This document shows, piece after piece, positions 40,133-48,850 of a DNA stretch of 64,000 bases (its first letter is position 1; each line of letters begins with the position of its first letter). The DNA is taken from IMG/VR virus record IMGVR_UViG_2718217859_000011, positions 1 to 64,000 of that record; one strand, written 5' to 3'. Source of the DNA: a virus. Taxonomy: Duplodnaviria; Heunggongvirae; Uroviricota; Caudoviricetes. The notes beneath the pieces were generated by a model. The model was not told the origin of the DNA, ran no database searches, and worked only from the letters and a program-made list of their open reading frames with translations. Both the position numbers and the translations under genes were made by a program.

Positions 40133-41026
40133 ATGAGTTTAATTACGCAATTAAATGACGTAATGGCCCGTCGCGGCTATACGCAGACCCACGTCGCCCG
40201 TGCTATTGGTCGTAGCAGCGCCGTTATCAGCCAGTATTTGCAGGGTAAATATCAGGGCGATATGTCTGATATTGAAGAACGCATTTCTGCCTTTGTGACC
40301 CGTGAGCGGGAAAAAGAAAACAGCCGCCGTATTAAAGCAAAGTTTGTGACCACCGGTATGGCTGCCAAAGGACTGGAGGTGCTGGCCTACGCTCACCTGG
40401 AATGTGAAATCTGTGTGCTGTATGGCGCAGCAGGTCTTGGCAAAACAATGATTCTGCGTGAATACGCCGCCAGAAACCGGGATGCGGTCCTGATTGAAGC
40501 CGACCCGGGCTATACAGCCAGAACACTGCTTGAGGAGCTGTGCCGCCAGCTGGGGGTAAAAGTTCGCGGCAATATCCACGAACTGATTGATGCATGTGTG
40601 CGAGAACTGCGTGATTCCGGTCGTCTGCTGATGGTGGACGAGGCTGAACTGCTCCCCTATCGCGCACTGGAGGTTCTGCGCCGTCTGCATGACAAAGCGG
40701 GTATCGGGGTTGTTCTGGCGGGTATGCCTCGCCTTCTGATTAACCTCAAGGGGCGTCGTGGTGAGTTCGCCCAGTTATACAGCCGCGTGGCGCTGGCGCT
40801 TAACCTGGGCGATACGTTGTCGCAGGAAGATTTTAACCAGATAGCTACCGGGTTGATGCCGGAAGCAGCAGAGCCGGAAATCAGCGAGGCGCTTTATACA
40901 CGTTCGCTGGGTAATGCCCGCCGTCTGTTCAAGCTGGCGCGTGGTGTGTACCGGATTTGTGATATCAGCGATGCGCCGGTCAGTGTGCAGGCCATTGATA
41001 AATTCGCAGAAATGTTAATTCACTGA
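40133..41026 (+). CDS. B: transposition ATPase B (AAA+)
   Basis: 297 aa; N-terminal HTH, Walker A GAAGLGKT, Walker B LLMVDEAE. Confidence 0.9.
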   Translation: MSLITQLNDVMARRGYTQTHVARAIGRSSAVISQYLQGKYQGDMSDIEERISAFVTREREKENSRRIKAKFVTTGMAAKGLEVLAYAHLECEICVLYGAAGLGKTMILREYAARNRDAVLIEADPGYTARTLLEELCRQLGVKVRGNIHELIDACVRELRDSGRLLMVDEAELLPYRALEVLRRLHDKAGIGVVLAGMPRLLINLKGRRGEFAQLYSRVALALNLGDTLSQEDFNQIATGLMPEAAEPEISEALYTRSLGNARRLFKLARGVYRICDISDAPVSVQAIDKFAEMLIH

Positions 41027-41265
41027 TGGAGAACAAGACGATGGACAAGCAGACCATTAACGCCGTCCGTTCCCGTGCCCGTGTGGCCATCCACACCACT
41101 GGTGGTCGTGTAACGGGACAACATCACCGTTTACCTGTGGTTTATGCCTGCCCGCCCGTGGGTGGTCCTGTATGGCCGGTAACGGAAATCATCCAGACAT
41201 TCAGCGGCCTGCGCCGCGTGGTTAAAACGTCCTGTATCGACGGCTGCACCGTCGTATGGCAATGA
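41026..41265 (+). CDS. hypothetical early protein
   Basis: 79-aa ORF coupled to B stop. Confidence 0.3.
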   Translation: MENKTMDKQTINAVRSRARVAIHTTGGRVTGQHHRLPVVYACPPVGGPVWPVTEIIQTFSGLRRVVKTSCIDGCTVVWQ

Positions 41266-41277
41266 GAGGAAATCAGA

Positions 41278-41493
41278 ATGGCGGTCAAGTTAGAAGTAAT
41301 TATCTATACCGATGAAAACGGTACGCTTCGTGTCAGGAGCATGGGGGCTGTTGATAAAAAAGGATTTACGGATGAAGAGGTCGGAGTAAGACAACGGTTA
41401 TGGGAGGTAATGAATCAAACTCTTAATAAAGAATTTAACGGCGTTGATTTATTTTCTGTTGGCGTGGAACCCTGCGCGCAAAACACACATTAA
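41278..41493 (+). CDS. hypothetical early protein
   Basis: 71-aa ORF with AGGA SD. Confidence 0.3.
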   Translation: MAVKLEVIIYTDENGTLRVRSMGAVDKKGFTDEEVGVRQRLWEVMNQTLNKEFNGVDLFSVGVEPCAQNTH

Positions 41494-41522
41494 TTTGTAA
41501 ATATCACTGAGGTAATTTAATT

Positions 41523-42167
41523 ATGACGACTGAAAATAAAGTTAAGCAATACACGAAAACTGAAGCGCCTGAAGGTTACTGGGTGGATGCCCGTGGCGTA
41601 ATGACACCTGAAAGTCTTATCAAAGATATTGACCGCGACCGTGAGCAGCTGGTCGGTGAGCTTGTGGAGATGGTGATTGCTGCCTCCGCCTCACTGCGTG
41701 AACTGAAACTGCGTGCGTTTGGTGATATTCAGGCGTTTATTGACCTGTCGGCGGAGAAATACGGCGCTGTGAAAGGCGGTAAAAAAGGGAATATCACGCT
41801 TTACAGCTTTGACGGGCGTTACAAGATTCAGCGCGCCATGCAGGACCGTATCGCGTTTGATGAACGCATTCAGACCGCGAAGTCGCTGATTGATGATTGC
41901 CTGGCTGACTGGACGGAAGGTGCACGTCCTGAAATAAAAGCCATCATCAGCGAAGCATTCAGCACGGACAAGGAAGGCAACATCAACACCGGGCGCGTTC
42001 TGGCTCTGCGTCGTCTCGATATTACGGAGGAGCGCTGGGATAACGCCATGAAACTGATTGGTGAAGCCGTCCAGGTGGTTGGCAGCAAAAGCTATATCCG
42101 CGTGTATGAGCGCGTCGGTGATTCCGACGAATACCGCGCAATCCCGCTTGATATTGCAGGGGTTTAA
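41523..42167 (+). CDS. DUF3164-like Mu early protein
   Basis: 214 aa; resembles a family common in Mu-like early regions (recalled, not searched). Confidence 0.4.
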   Translation: MTTENKVKQYTKTEAPEGYWVDARGVMTPESLIKDIDRDREQLVGELVEMVIAASASLRELKLRAFGDIQAFIDLSAEKYGAVKGGKKGNITLYSFDGRYKIQRAMQDRIAFDERIQTAKSLIDDCLADWTEGARPEIKAIISEAFSTDKEGNINTGRVLALRRLDITEERWDNAMKLIGEAVQVVGSKSYIRVYERVGDSDEYRAIPLDIAGV

Positions 42168-42168
42168 C

Positions 42169-42402
42169 ATGCATCAGGATATCAAAGAGTACAGAGCCGG
42201 AAATAGTTGCGCGGCGTATTCGCTGGGCGCGTCCAGAGCAGAACAACGCGGCGATTATGCCGAGGCTGAAAAGTTGTGGCGTAAGGCAGCGCAAAGCCCG
42301 TGTAGCACCCTGCGCCGCATCTGGGCTGAACATCGTGCGGAGTTCTGCGCTAACGCTCACCTGAAGGGATGGAGGCCACGCCATGAATGCGAAGAACTTT
42401 AA
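42169..42402 (+). CDS. hypothetical early protein
   Basis: 77 aa from MHQDIKEY within tracked ORF 42058..42402. Confidence 0.3.
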   Translation: MHQDIKEYRAGNSCAAYSLGASRAEQRGDYAEAEKLWRKAAQSPCSTLRRIWAEHRAEFCANAHLKGWRPRHECEEL

Positions 42403-42574
42403 TAAGCAGTATCCGCCAGGGACTCGCTTCATGCACACGGCACATCCGGCGTTGCGCGGTGGCCGGGTGGTGAAAACCGTTGCACCGGCCAGAGATTTTA
42501 AATGTGGTTGTGTGGTTGAAATTAATGTCGAGCCTTATTTCGTAAAAGTCGAAACACTGAAAGCAGCGCATTAA
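42383..42574 (+). CDS. hypothetical early protein
   Basis: 63-aa ORF overlapping previous stop. Confidence 0.3.
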   Translation: MNAKNFNKQYPPGTRFMHTAHPALRGGRVVKTVAPARDFKCGCVVEINVEPYFVKVETLKAAH

Positions 42575-42654
42575 TTTAATTCGTTTTTAATTGTTATTTA
42601 AAACAGGCGTAAACCCGCCGGGGCTGGCTTACGCCTGAATCTGAGGGATTCATT

Positions 42655-43383
42655 ATGGAAAATAAAAGCAAATATATCGCCAGAATTAAAAAACTGTTAC
42701 GCCTTGCCAGAGGAACATCAAGCCCGGAAGAAGCCGCTAACGCTATTGCAAAAGCCCAGGCTTATATGCGCCAGCATGGTATCAGCGAAAACGACGCGGA
42801 ATTGTTCGACATTCAGGAAGCTGCCAGCGCGGGTGCGCCGAGTGATGCCAGTACACCGCCGCGTTATATGCACATCCTGTGTGACCTGGTATGTAAAGCC
42901 TTCGGTGTCGAGTGTTACATCTCCGGTGAATACCGGGCTTCTGGTTCACTCAAACGTTACGTTCGTTTTTATGGTCCTGACAGCCGCCCGGAAATTGCGG
43001 CCTACGCGTTTGATGTGCTTTCCCGTCAGATGATGGCAGAGCGTAATCAATATCAGGATAAACACTGTAAGCGTTGCAAACCATCCACGCGGGTGGCCCG
43101 TGGCGACCAGTTCTGCGAAGGCTGGGTCTTTGGTGCCCGTGATGTCATTGCGGTGTATGACGTCTCCCCGGAAGAAAAAAGCCGCCTTGAGCTTTACAGA
43201 GAAAACCTGCACAGGACTAAAGTGCGGCGCGACGGGGATATGCGCACAGCTAAAGCGTGTCGGGGTGCAGAGTTTGCCGCTACTGCTGGTTTTATCGCCG
43301 GGAAAAATGCCAGGTTGCATCAGGGGGTTAATGGTCAGAGCAACAGGCCGCTGGCGCTGGGAGGGGATAACGATGGCTTTTAA
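42655..43383 (+). CDS. DUF2786-like protein
   Basis: 242 aa; N-terminal IARIKKLLRLARGTSSPEEAANAIAKAQAYM resembles DUF2786 (recalled). Confidence 0.4.
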   Translation: MENKSKYIARIKKLLRLARGTSSPEEAANAIAKAQAYMRQHGISENDAELFDIQEAASAGAPSDASTPPRYMHILCDLVCKAFGVECYISGEYRASGSLKRYVRFYGPDSRPEIAAYAFDVLSRQMMAERNQYQDKHCKRCKPSTRVARGDQFCEGWVFGARDVIAVYDVSPEEKSRLELYRENLHRTKVRRDGDMRTAKACRGAEFAATAGFIAGKNARLHQGVNGQSNRPLALGGDNDGF

Positions 43384-43600
43384 ACTTCTCAGTGTTACCG
43401 AAGCAATATACCAGCCGCCAGAAGAACGCCACGAATACAGGATGAATGACGGCAGCGCGGCGGTTGAGTTTCCCAAATATCCGGGGGCTTCCCGGTGGCG
43501 GTTCTATGACAGTGCGGGACGCCGGATTATTAAAAGAACCGTGCACAACGCCATGAAAGCCGCTGTAGAACGTCACAAAAGAAGGTTTAACTGCAAATGA
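43373..43600 (+). CDS. hypothetical early protein
   Basis: 75 aa from MAFKLLSV inside tracked ORF 43100..43600. Confidence 0.3.
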   Translation: MAFKLLSVTEAIYQPPEERHEYRMNDGSAAVEFPKYPGASRWRFYDSAGRRIIKRTVHNAMKAAVERHKRRFNCK

Positions 43601-43827
43601 ATATTGAATTTTATGACTACGGAGTCACCTCAAAAATCATTGTTACCTGCTGGTTCTGGGAGTTCCGTCGCTATTGCCGGGTTGTGGATGCGGCGTTGTT
43701 TGTGGCTCCTGAAGTGCGCCACCAGAGTGGCGGTGGCCTTTTAATGAAAACCGTCATCACCGGTAAAACGGTCCCGATGTTACGGGCGTTTAAAGTGGCA
43801 AAACAGGAGGCTTGCAATGGTCATTGA
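43597..43827 (+). CDS. hypothetical early protein
   Basis: 76-aa ORF, coupled. Confidence 0.3.
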   Translation: MNIEFYDYGVTSKIIVTCWFWEFRRYCRVVDAALFVAPEVRHQSGGGLLMKTVITGKTVPMLRAFKVAKQEACNGH

Positions 43828-44107
43828 TAAAACGATAACGATCGATGTAGCCATGAATACAGGTCTGGCGCTTATCGGTTATGGCTATATCACTTTTATG
43901 TCATTCAGGTGGTTGATTTCTTCGTTCTTTAAGCAATGTGAAAAACGTTGCCGCAAAGACAAGCGCGTGAAGGCACTAAATGCGTTTAATGACGCTTTTG
44001 ATATTGACCGTATGCAACAGGGAGACCCGGCACGCGTAATTACCCAGGGAGATGTCGTGATTTTGGTATACCGGAGTGAAAAAAATGAACAGGAGGCGGC
44101 GCAGTGA
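43817..44107 (+). CDS. small membrane protein
   Basis: 96 aa with N-terminal TM helix (NTGLALIGYGYITFMSFRWLI). Confidence 0.35.
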   Translation: MVIDKTITIDVAMNTGLALIGYGYITFMSFRWLISSFFKQCEKRCRKDKRVKALNAFNDAFDIDRMQQGDPARVITQGDVVILVYRSEKNEQEAAQ

Positions 44108-44412
44108 ACCAGCAAACCAGAATAAGCGATAAGAGCCTGACCAGACTGATTGCCGATGCTGACAAAATGCTTGATATGCGCGGACCGATTGTAGACAGAG
44201 AGTGGTGGATGCTTTTACGGCAGTCCCTGGTTGAACTTCAGGAACGCCGGAGTGCTGGAATCATTCCAGTGACGCTGAGAGTAAAGGAGCATCAGGTCAG
44301 AGAGCTGGTTAATCAGTTACGAGATGTGGCAATCAAATACCACGGAACGCAGCAATTACGGGAGCGTATTGCAACAACAGTCATTTATTCAGAACTGGTT
44401 TCAGGGGAATAA
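44104..44412 (+). CDS. hypothetical early protein
   Basis: 102-aa ORF, coupled. Confidence 0.3.
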   Translation: MNQQTRISDKSLTRLIADADKMLDMRGPIVDREWWMLLRQSLVELQERRSAGIIPVTLRVKEHQVRELVNQLRDVAIKYHGTQQLRERIATTVIYSELVSGE

Positions 44413-44416
44413 TCAG

Positions 44417-44599
44417 ATGAAAAACCGTAAGGCAAAAATTCTGTTAGCTCGCAGAAACGGTGTTGGGGTCTGGCGATGGTTGAGGATTAGTAACAGACGA
44501 GTGAGGTTGACGGGGTGTCGTGGTGTGATGGGGCACAGTTGTTGCAAAAAGCCCAGCGCGGCGCAAAACCGCTGGAAGAATCACACTAACGCAAAGTAA
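44417..44599 (+). CDS. small basic protein
   Basis: 60 aa from MKNRKAKILLARRNG inside tracked ORF 44324..44599. Confidence 0.25.
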   Translation: MKNRKAKILLARRNGVGVWRWLRISNRRVRLTGCRGVMGHSCCKKPSAAQNRWKNHTNAK

Positions 44600-44666
44600 T
44601 TAAATAATAACCAATAGCAGACCAAAATATATGTTTTGGTCTGCCAAAAGCGATGTTTTGGTCATT

Positions 44667-44945
44667 ATGAAGATTGAACAAATCGGAATGGCAGCCTTCC
44701 GGCAGCAGGCTGAAAGCGGTGGCGTGGATGAGTTCGTCGTGCAGAGGTTCGGTGGTGTGTATCACCTCTTCGCTGTGAATCGCCGCGCTGGTGTGTCTTA
44801 TTTTCTACAGGAACGCCGTGGCGATTACAAGACGTGGCTGTCTCTTGACCGTGCCGCCGCGTTCCTGTCAGGGATTGGCGTTTCACGTTTTACCGTGCGT
44901 TTTGAGGATAACAAACATGCTGAAAAAGATGATCGGAGCCATTAA
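44667..44945 (+). CDS. hypothetical early protein
   Basis: 92 aa from MKIEQIGM inside tracked ORF 44631..44945. Confidence 0.3.
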   Translation: MKIEQIGMAAFRQQAESGGVDEFVVQRFGGVYHLFAVNRRAGVSYFLQERRGDYKTWLSLDRAAAFLSGIGVSRFTVRFEDNKHAEKDDRSH

Positions 44946-45315
44946 AGCCGGTCAGGCGTATCTGGGGTGGGATGATGTCCTTTATCGCCAGACGCTGGCC
45001 CGCCTGACCGGTAAAACCAGCACCACACGCTGCAACCTCGATGAACTGCGCATCATCCGGGAATACATGCACGAACAGGGATTTCCGCGCAAAGCACCCG
45101 CCGGTAAAGGTCGCCGCCCCCGTGTTGCAATGAGCAGAAAATCAGTATTATCCAAAATTGAAGCGTTGCTGGCTGATGCCGGTCGTTCCTGGGCATATGC
45201 AGAAGGGCTGGCATCTCACATGTATAAGCAACATGTGATCGAATGGCTGACGGATGAACAGCTTTTTGGGGTAATGGTGGCGCTGGTTAAAGATTCAAGA
45301 AGGAGAAATCAATGA
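44917..45315 (+). CDS. gemA: GemA / Mu gp16-like protein (DUF1018)
   Basis: 132 aa from MLKKMIGAIKAGQAYLGWDDVLYRQTLARLTGK (GAGGA SD); pattern recalled as gp16/GemA-like. Confidence 0.65.
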   Translation: MLKKMIGAIKAGQAYLGWDDVLYRQTLARLTGKTSTTRCNLDELRIIREYMHEQGFPRKAPAGKGRRPRVAMSRKSVLSKIEALLADAGRSWAYAEGLASHMYKQHVIEWLTDEQLFGVMVALVKDSRRRNQ

Positions 45316-45791
45316 TGAAAAAATGGTTGTTTTGTTTAGTAGGGGTTATTTTCTCTTGTTCTGCGTTGGCTCAGACAGAGGAACAGGCGCAAAAGGAACT
45401 GAAACGTTATCAGGATATGAAACCACAGGTTGAGCAACTTCTGAGGGAAAGCCTGAAACTCTATTATGACATGCCAGACGCTGCATCAGAATATAATAAC
45501 GGTAACCCTGAAAAATGGCGTAAGGTCATAACAGGCCTGAAGGAATTCGATAAACAAATAGAGAAAATTGGCGGTAATGGCTTCGATCCTGTTTATAGTT
45601 CCTGTGTAAATATGGGGATTCAACTACAGGATTACTGGTCTAACGTCCTCGGCAACAACAAACAGTTTCTCGAGCGTTCCAGAAGTTTGTTTATACAGGA
45701 TCGCATGGATTGCTTTGATCAATTCGTCTTTGGTAAAGAACGTATAGAGGCCAGAAAAGACCTTGCCATTGTTAATGTCTGGGATGAATAA
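45312..45791 (+). CDS. secreted/periplasmic protein with signal peptide, unknown function
   Basis: 159 aa; signal peptide MMKKWLFCLVGVIFSCSALA; AT-rich by eye; own terminator downstream. Confidence 0.5.
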   Translation: MMKKWLFCLVGVIFSCSALAQTEEQAQKELKRYQDMKPQVEQLLRESLKLYYDMPDAASEYNNGNPEKWRKVITGLKEFDKQIEKIGGNGFDPVYSSCVNMGIQLQDYWSNVLGNNKQFLERSRSLFIQDRMDCFDQFVFGKERIEARKDLAIVNVWDE

Positions 45792-45798
45792 ACAGGAA

Positions 45799-45822
45799 CC
45801 TCCGCAAACGCGGAGGTTTTTT
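45799..45822 (+). terminator. intrinsic terminator
   Basis: CCTCCGC-AAAC-GCGGAGG followed by TTTTTT. Confidence 0.65.
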
Positions 45823-45885
45823 ATGAACTGTACAGGCGATCATGTATGGCTATAATAACAGTAAGTTACTACCGGAGACGCCATC

Positions 45886-46353
45886 ATGCAGACCTTCAGT
45901 GAAACAGATCTTCGCGATGCGCAGGTACTGCTGCCCGATTCCGTACAGCAACTGATTAGCGTGATTGGCTTCCCCGCCCTGACCCGGTTAATCCGTTCTT
46001 TTGGTGGCGTGACGTTAAGCGGTAAAACCGGCGCACACGCCGGACGCACCGGCGGTGTCCATGCCCTGTTACATGACGTGCTGACCGAAGACGAAATCAA
46101 CAAATTGATCCGCTTTCTTGGCGGTGCACCGTTTTACATTCCTCGTTGCGATCATGCGTTACGTGCCCTGCGTAACACCCGTTTTATGGCTGATTTACAG
46201 CAGCATGTAAAAGACGGATGCTCACACCGGCAGGCGCTGGCACTACTCTGTCCCCGTTACGGGATTTCAGACCGGTACGCATGGCAACTGATACACCGAC
46301 GACAAAAACAGACTTCGCTGAAAAGCCCCACCCAGGTGGGGCTTTTTGATTAA
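45886..46353 (+). CDS. Mor/C-family transcriptional activator
   Basis: 155 aa; C-terminal HTH region (FYIPRCDHALRALRNTRFMADLQ...YGISDRYAWQLIHRR) resembles Mu Mor/C; TATAAT ~30 nt upstream. Confidence 0.65.
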   Translation: MQTFSETDLRDAQVLLPDSVQQLISVIGFPALTRLIRSFGGVTLSGKTGAHAGRTGGVHALLHDVLTEDEINKLIRFLGGAPFYIPRCDHALRALRNTRFMADLQQHVKDGCSHRQALALLCPRYGISDRYAWQLIHRRQKQTSLKSPTQVGLFD

Positions 46354-46378
46354 CAGGCCTCAGAAAAAGGAGACACTT

Positions 46379-46657
46379 ATGACCAACTATACGGCACCAG
46401 GCGAGTATACGGCCTACTCAGAGCAGGCCCGGGATGCTGCCGGACGCCGCTTCGCTTATATGAAAAATCTGGCCAGCCAGCTAAACCGAATGGCCGAACA
46501 ACCGGATATGGTTGTTCAGGAAGAAGCGTTGCAGTGTGCCATTGCTGACATCATCGCCAGCGAAAACGAGATGCGCGCAGCGATGGAAAAGGCGAACGCC
46601 TCTGCTCCGCTTTGTAATAAACCTCTTATTACGCCGGATTCTCTTTCCCGCTTCTGA
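46379..46657 (+). CDS. hypothetical protein
   Basis: 92 aa from MTNYTAPGEY inside tracked ORF 46346..46657. Confidence 0.3.
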   Translation: MTNYTAPGEYTAYSEQARDAAGRRFAYMKNLASQLNRMAEQPDMVVQEEALQCAIADIIASENEMRAAMEKANASAPLCNKPLITPDSLSRF

Positions 46658-46660
46658 TTT

Positions 46661-46684
46661 AGCACCCCGCCGCGGCGGGGTGCT
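46661..46684. promoter_or_regulatory. perfect 24-bp palindrome upstream of the Mu-like lysis genes
   Basis: AGCACCCCGCCGCGGCGGGGTGCT; no T-tract after it, so not a canonical terminator. Confidence 0.4.
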
Positions 46685-46840
46685 GAACTCCCCCAGCAGT
46701 ACCCACCACACCAGACCGTTTACCCTCTCCACTCAGACCACAAGGCACCTTAAGGGATAGCGCCCGGCAAAAGTCATTCTGTGCCTTTGACCGGGTGTTA
46801 TTTACGGGCCGTCAGTGGCTCAGATTTACAGGAGAAACTC

Positions 46841-47233
46841 ATGTCTGAACCCTTATCAGGCGGCGGAGCTGTGGCAGTCACCATCGGTGGTGCCAGTGTG
46901 TTTGGTCTTCTCACCAATACCGATTTTGGCGTCGTGGTGGGCGCGTTTGCCGGGGCGCTTTTTGTTGTCACGCAACAGAAAGAAATCCCGGTGTGGCGAA
47001 TGGCCATCCACCTGCTCGTCGCGTTTGTGGTTGGCGTTCTGGGGGCTGGCGTGGCTGCGTCACTGATGCAGTGGCTGACCCACTACAACGACAAGCCGCT
47101 CGATGCATTGTGTGCGGTCGGTGTCTCGGCGTTATCCATCAAGATACTGACCTTTCTTTATCAACAGGAAATTTCATCGCTGTTCGGCCTGTTTTCCAGA
47201 CTGCGCGGCGGAGGGGGTGGAAATGGAAAGTAG
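46841..47233 (+). CDS. putative holin (3 TM)
   Basis: 130 aa from MSEPLSGG; three hydrophobic helices and a Gly-rich charged tail; first gene of the lysis cluster. Confidence 0.5.
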   Translation: MSEPLSGGGAVAVTIGGASVFGLLTNTDFGVVVGAFAGALFVVTQQKEIPVWRMAIHLLVAFVVGVLGAGVAASLMQWLTHYNDKPLDALCAVGVSALSIKILTFLYQQEISSLFGLFSRLRGGGGGNGK

Positions 47234-47501
47234 CCTTGCCGGTATCGTGAATGTCTGGCTGTGTCTCGCCATTGTGCTGGGGTTGTTTGTGTATCGCCGT
47301 CACGGTGCGGCGCATAAACCGATGATTACCTGGCTGGCGTACTGGCTGATGCTCGGCTACATCATCATCCCGTTCCGCTGGCTGTCAGGTACATACACAC
47401 ACTCCAGCTGGCTGGTTGTGGCGCTGAATCTGGTGTTCTGTGCGCTTATCGTGTGGGCGCACGGGAATTTGTCAAAAATCCTTTCGTTACTGCGGAGGTG
47501 A
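47217..47501 (+). CDS. membrane protein (second holin/antiholin candidate)
   Basis: 94 aa, three hydrophobic segments, overlaps neighbours. Confidence 0.4.
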   Translation: MEMESSLAGIVNVWLCLAIVLGLFVYRRHGAAHKPMITWLAYWLMLGYIIIPFRWLSGTYTHSSWLVVALNLVFCALIVWAHGNLSKILSLLRR

Positions 47502-47503
47502 AT

Positions 47504-47881
47504 ATGTCGGAAAAATTCCGTTTCAGTCAACGTAGCGAGAAAAATCTGGCTGGTGTAAAACCACAACTGGTGGCGGTTGTACGCCGTGCGCTGGCGTTGT
47601 CGGACGTCGATTTTGGTATTACCGAAGGTTTACGCACGAAAGAACGTCAGAAACAACTTGTCGCTGAAGGCAAGAGCCAGACCATGAACAGCCGTCACCT
47701 TACTGGCGATGCTGTTGATGTCGTGGCTTACGTTGGTGGCACCATTTCATGGGACTGGCCGTTATACGAAAAAATCGCCCGAGCCTTTAAACAGGCTGCC
47801 GCAGAGCTGGGTGTCGCCATCGAATGGGGCGGAGACTGGAAAACGCTGAAAGACGGGCCTCATTTCCAGTTAAAACGCTGA
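47504..47881 (+). CDS. endolysin, peptidase M15-like (L-Ala-D-Glu peptidase type)
   Basis: 125 aa from MSEKFRFS; SRHLTGDAVDV and GPHFQL motifs consistent with zinc peptidase M15. Confidence 0.7.
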   Translation: MSEKFRFSQRSEKNLAGVKPQLVAVVRRALALSDVDFGITEGLRTKERQKQLVAEGKSQTMNSRHLTGDAVDVVAYVGGTISWDWPLYEKIARAFKQAAAELGVAIEWGGDWKTLKDGPHFQLKR

Positions 47882-47894
47882 TGCGGGAGGGATT

Positions 47895-48077
47895 ATGAAC
47901 AGAAGTCACTGGCCCCACAGAACGCCACGTAAAGCCGTGCGCTGTGTTCTGGCCCTGTTTCTGGTGATGTTGCTTCCGGTGGGATGCACTGACATTAACA
48001 GAGCGGGCCAGCTGTTTGACGCGGCGGCACAGGTCTGCCGGATTATCGACGGTATCCGGCAGTGTTCGCAGAACTGA
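47895..48077 (+). CDS. lipoprotein, spanin-like
   Basis: 60 aa; signal peptide with lipobox LLPVGC; directly after endolysin. Confidence 0.4.
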   Translation: MNRSHWPHRTPRKAVRCVLALFLVMLLPVGCTDINRAGQLFDAAAQVCRIIDGIRQCSQN

Positions 48078-48097
48078 TTTTTTGAAGGTCTGGCACA

Positions 48098-48304
48098 GTG
48101 AGCGTTATCAGATTTACAGAATACACAGGTTCAGGAGGTGCAGGCGCTGTCATGGTGCTCGCTGAACGCATCACCCATTTTTACCGTCAGCACGGTACAC
48201 ATGATGGCACTGTCATTGAACTGGATACCGGGAAAAACGTGTTCGTTCTTGAAAATCCCGACGAAGTTCAGCGCAGGATTGAACAGGCTCAGAAGGACAC
48301 TTAA
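48098..48304 (+). CDS. hypothetical protein
   Basis: 68-aa ORF. Confidence 0.3.
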   Translation: MSVIRFTEYTGSGGAGAVMVLAERITHFYRQHGTHDGTVIELDTGKNVFVLENPDEVQRRIEQAQKDT

Positions 48305-48804
48305 TGGCGTGGTCACAGGATATCAGGGACAAAGTCCGTAACGGGTACATCTTTGACCAGCTTCCGCTGGATATCGTCGCCATGAAGTACGCCGTGCCGC
48401 ACGATACCGCGCGGCGCTGGAAAACGCAGGCGATGAAGAACGGTGACGACTGGGACAAGCTGCGGGCCGCTCACGCGCTCGCCGGTGACGGGCTGGAAAG
48501 TGTCGCCCGCACCGTGCTTATCAGTCTGGTGGTGAAGTGTCAGACGACGCTTGAACGGCTGAACCAGAACCCGGACATCCCGCCGCAGGAGTCCGTCGAA
48601 CTGCTGGCGAGTCTGTCTGACAGTCTCAGTAAGGCGGTGGCCAGCAGTAAAAAAATCCTGCCGGAAACCGACCGGCTCGCCACGGCACTGGAAGTGGTGC
48701 AGCGGCTCGGCGCGTTCATCAAGGAGCGTCACCCGGCACAGTATGCCGCGTTCCTTGAGGTGCTCGAAGGCTTCGCTAAAGAGCTTGAGGATAATTTCAG
48801 TTAA
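48304..48804 (+). CDS. putative terminase small subunit (Mu gp27-like)
   Basis: 166 aa preceding terminase large subunit; assignment by position and recalled resemblance. Confidence 0.5.
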   Translation: MAWSQDIRDKVRNGYIFDQLPLDIVAMKYAVPHDTARRWKTQAMKNGDDWDKLRAAHALAGDGLESVARTVLISLVVKCQTTLERLNQNPDIPPQESVELLASLSDSLSKAVASSKKILPETDRLATALEVVQRLGAFIKERHPAQYAAFLEVLEGFAKELEDNFS

Positions 48805-48850
48805 CCACAGCGGCCCGGTTTTCCGGGCCGTCTGATATTCGGGATTTGTA

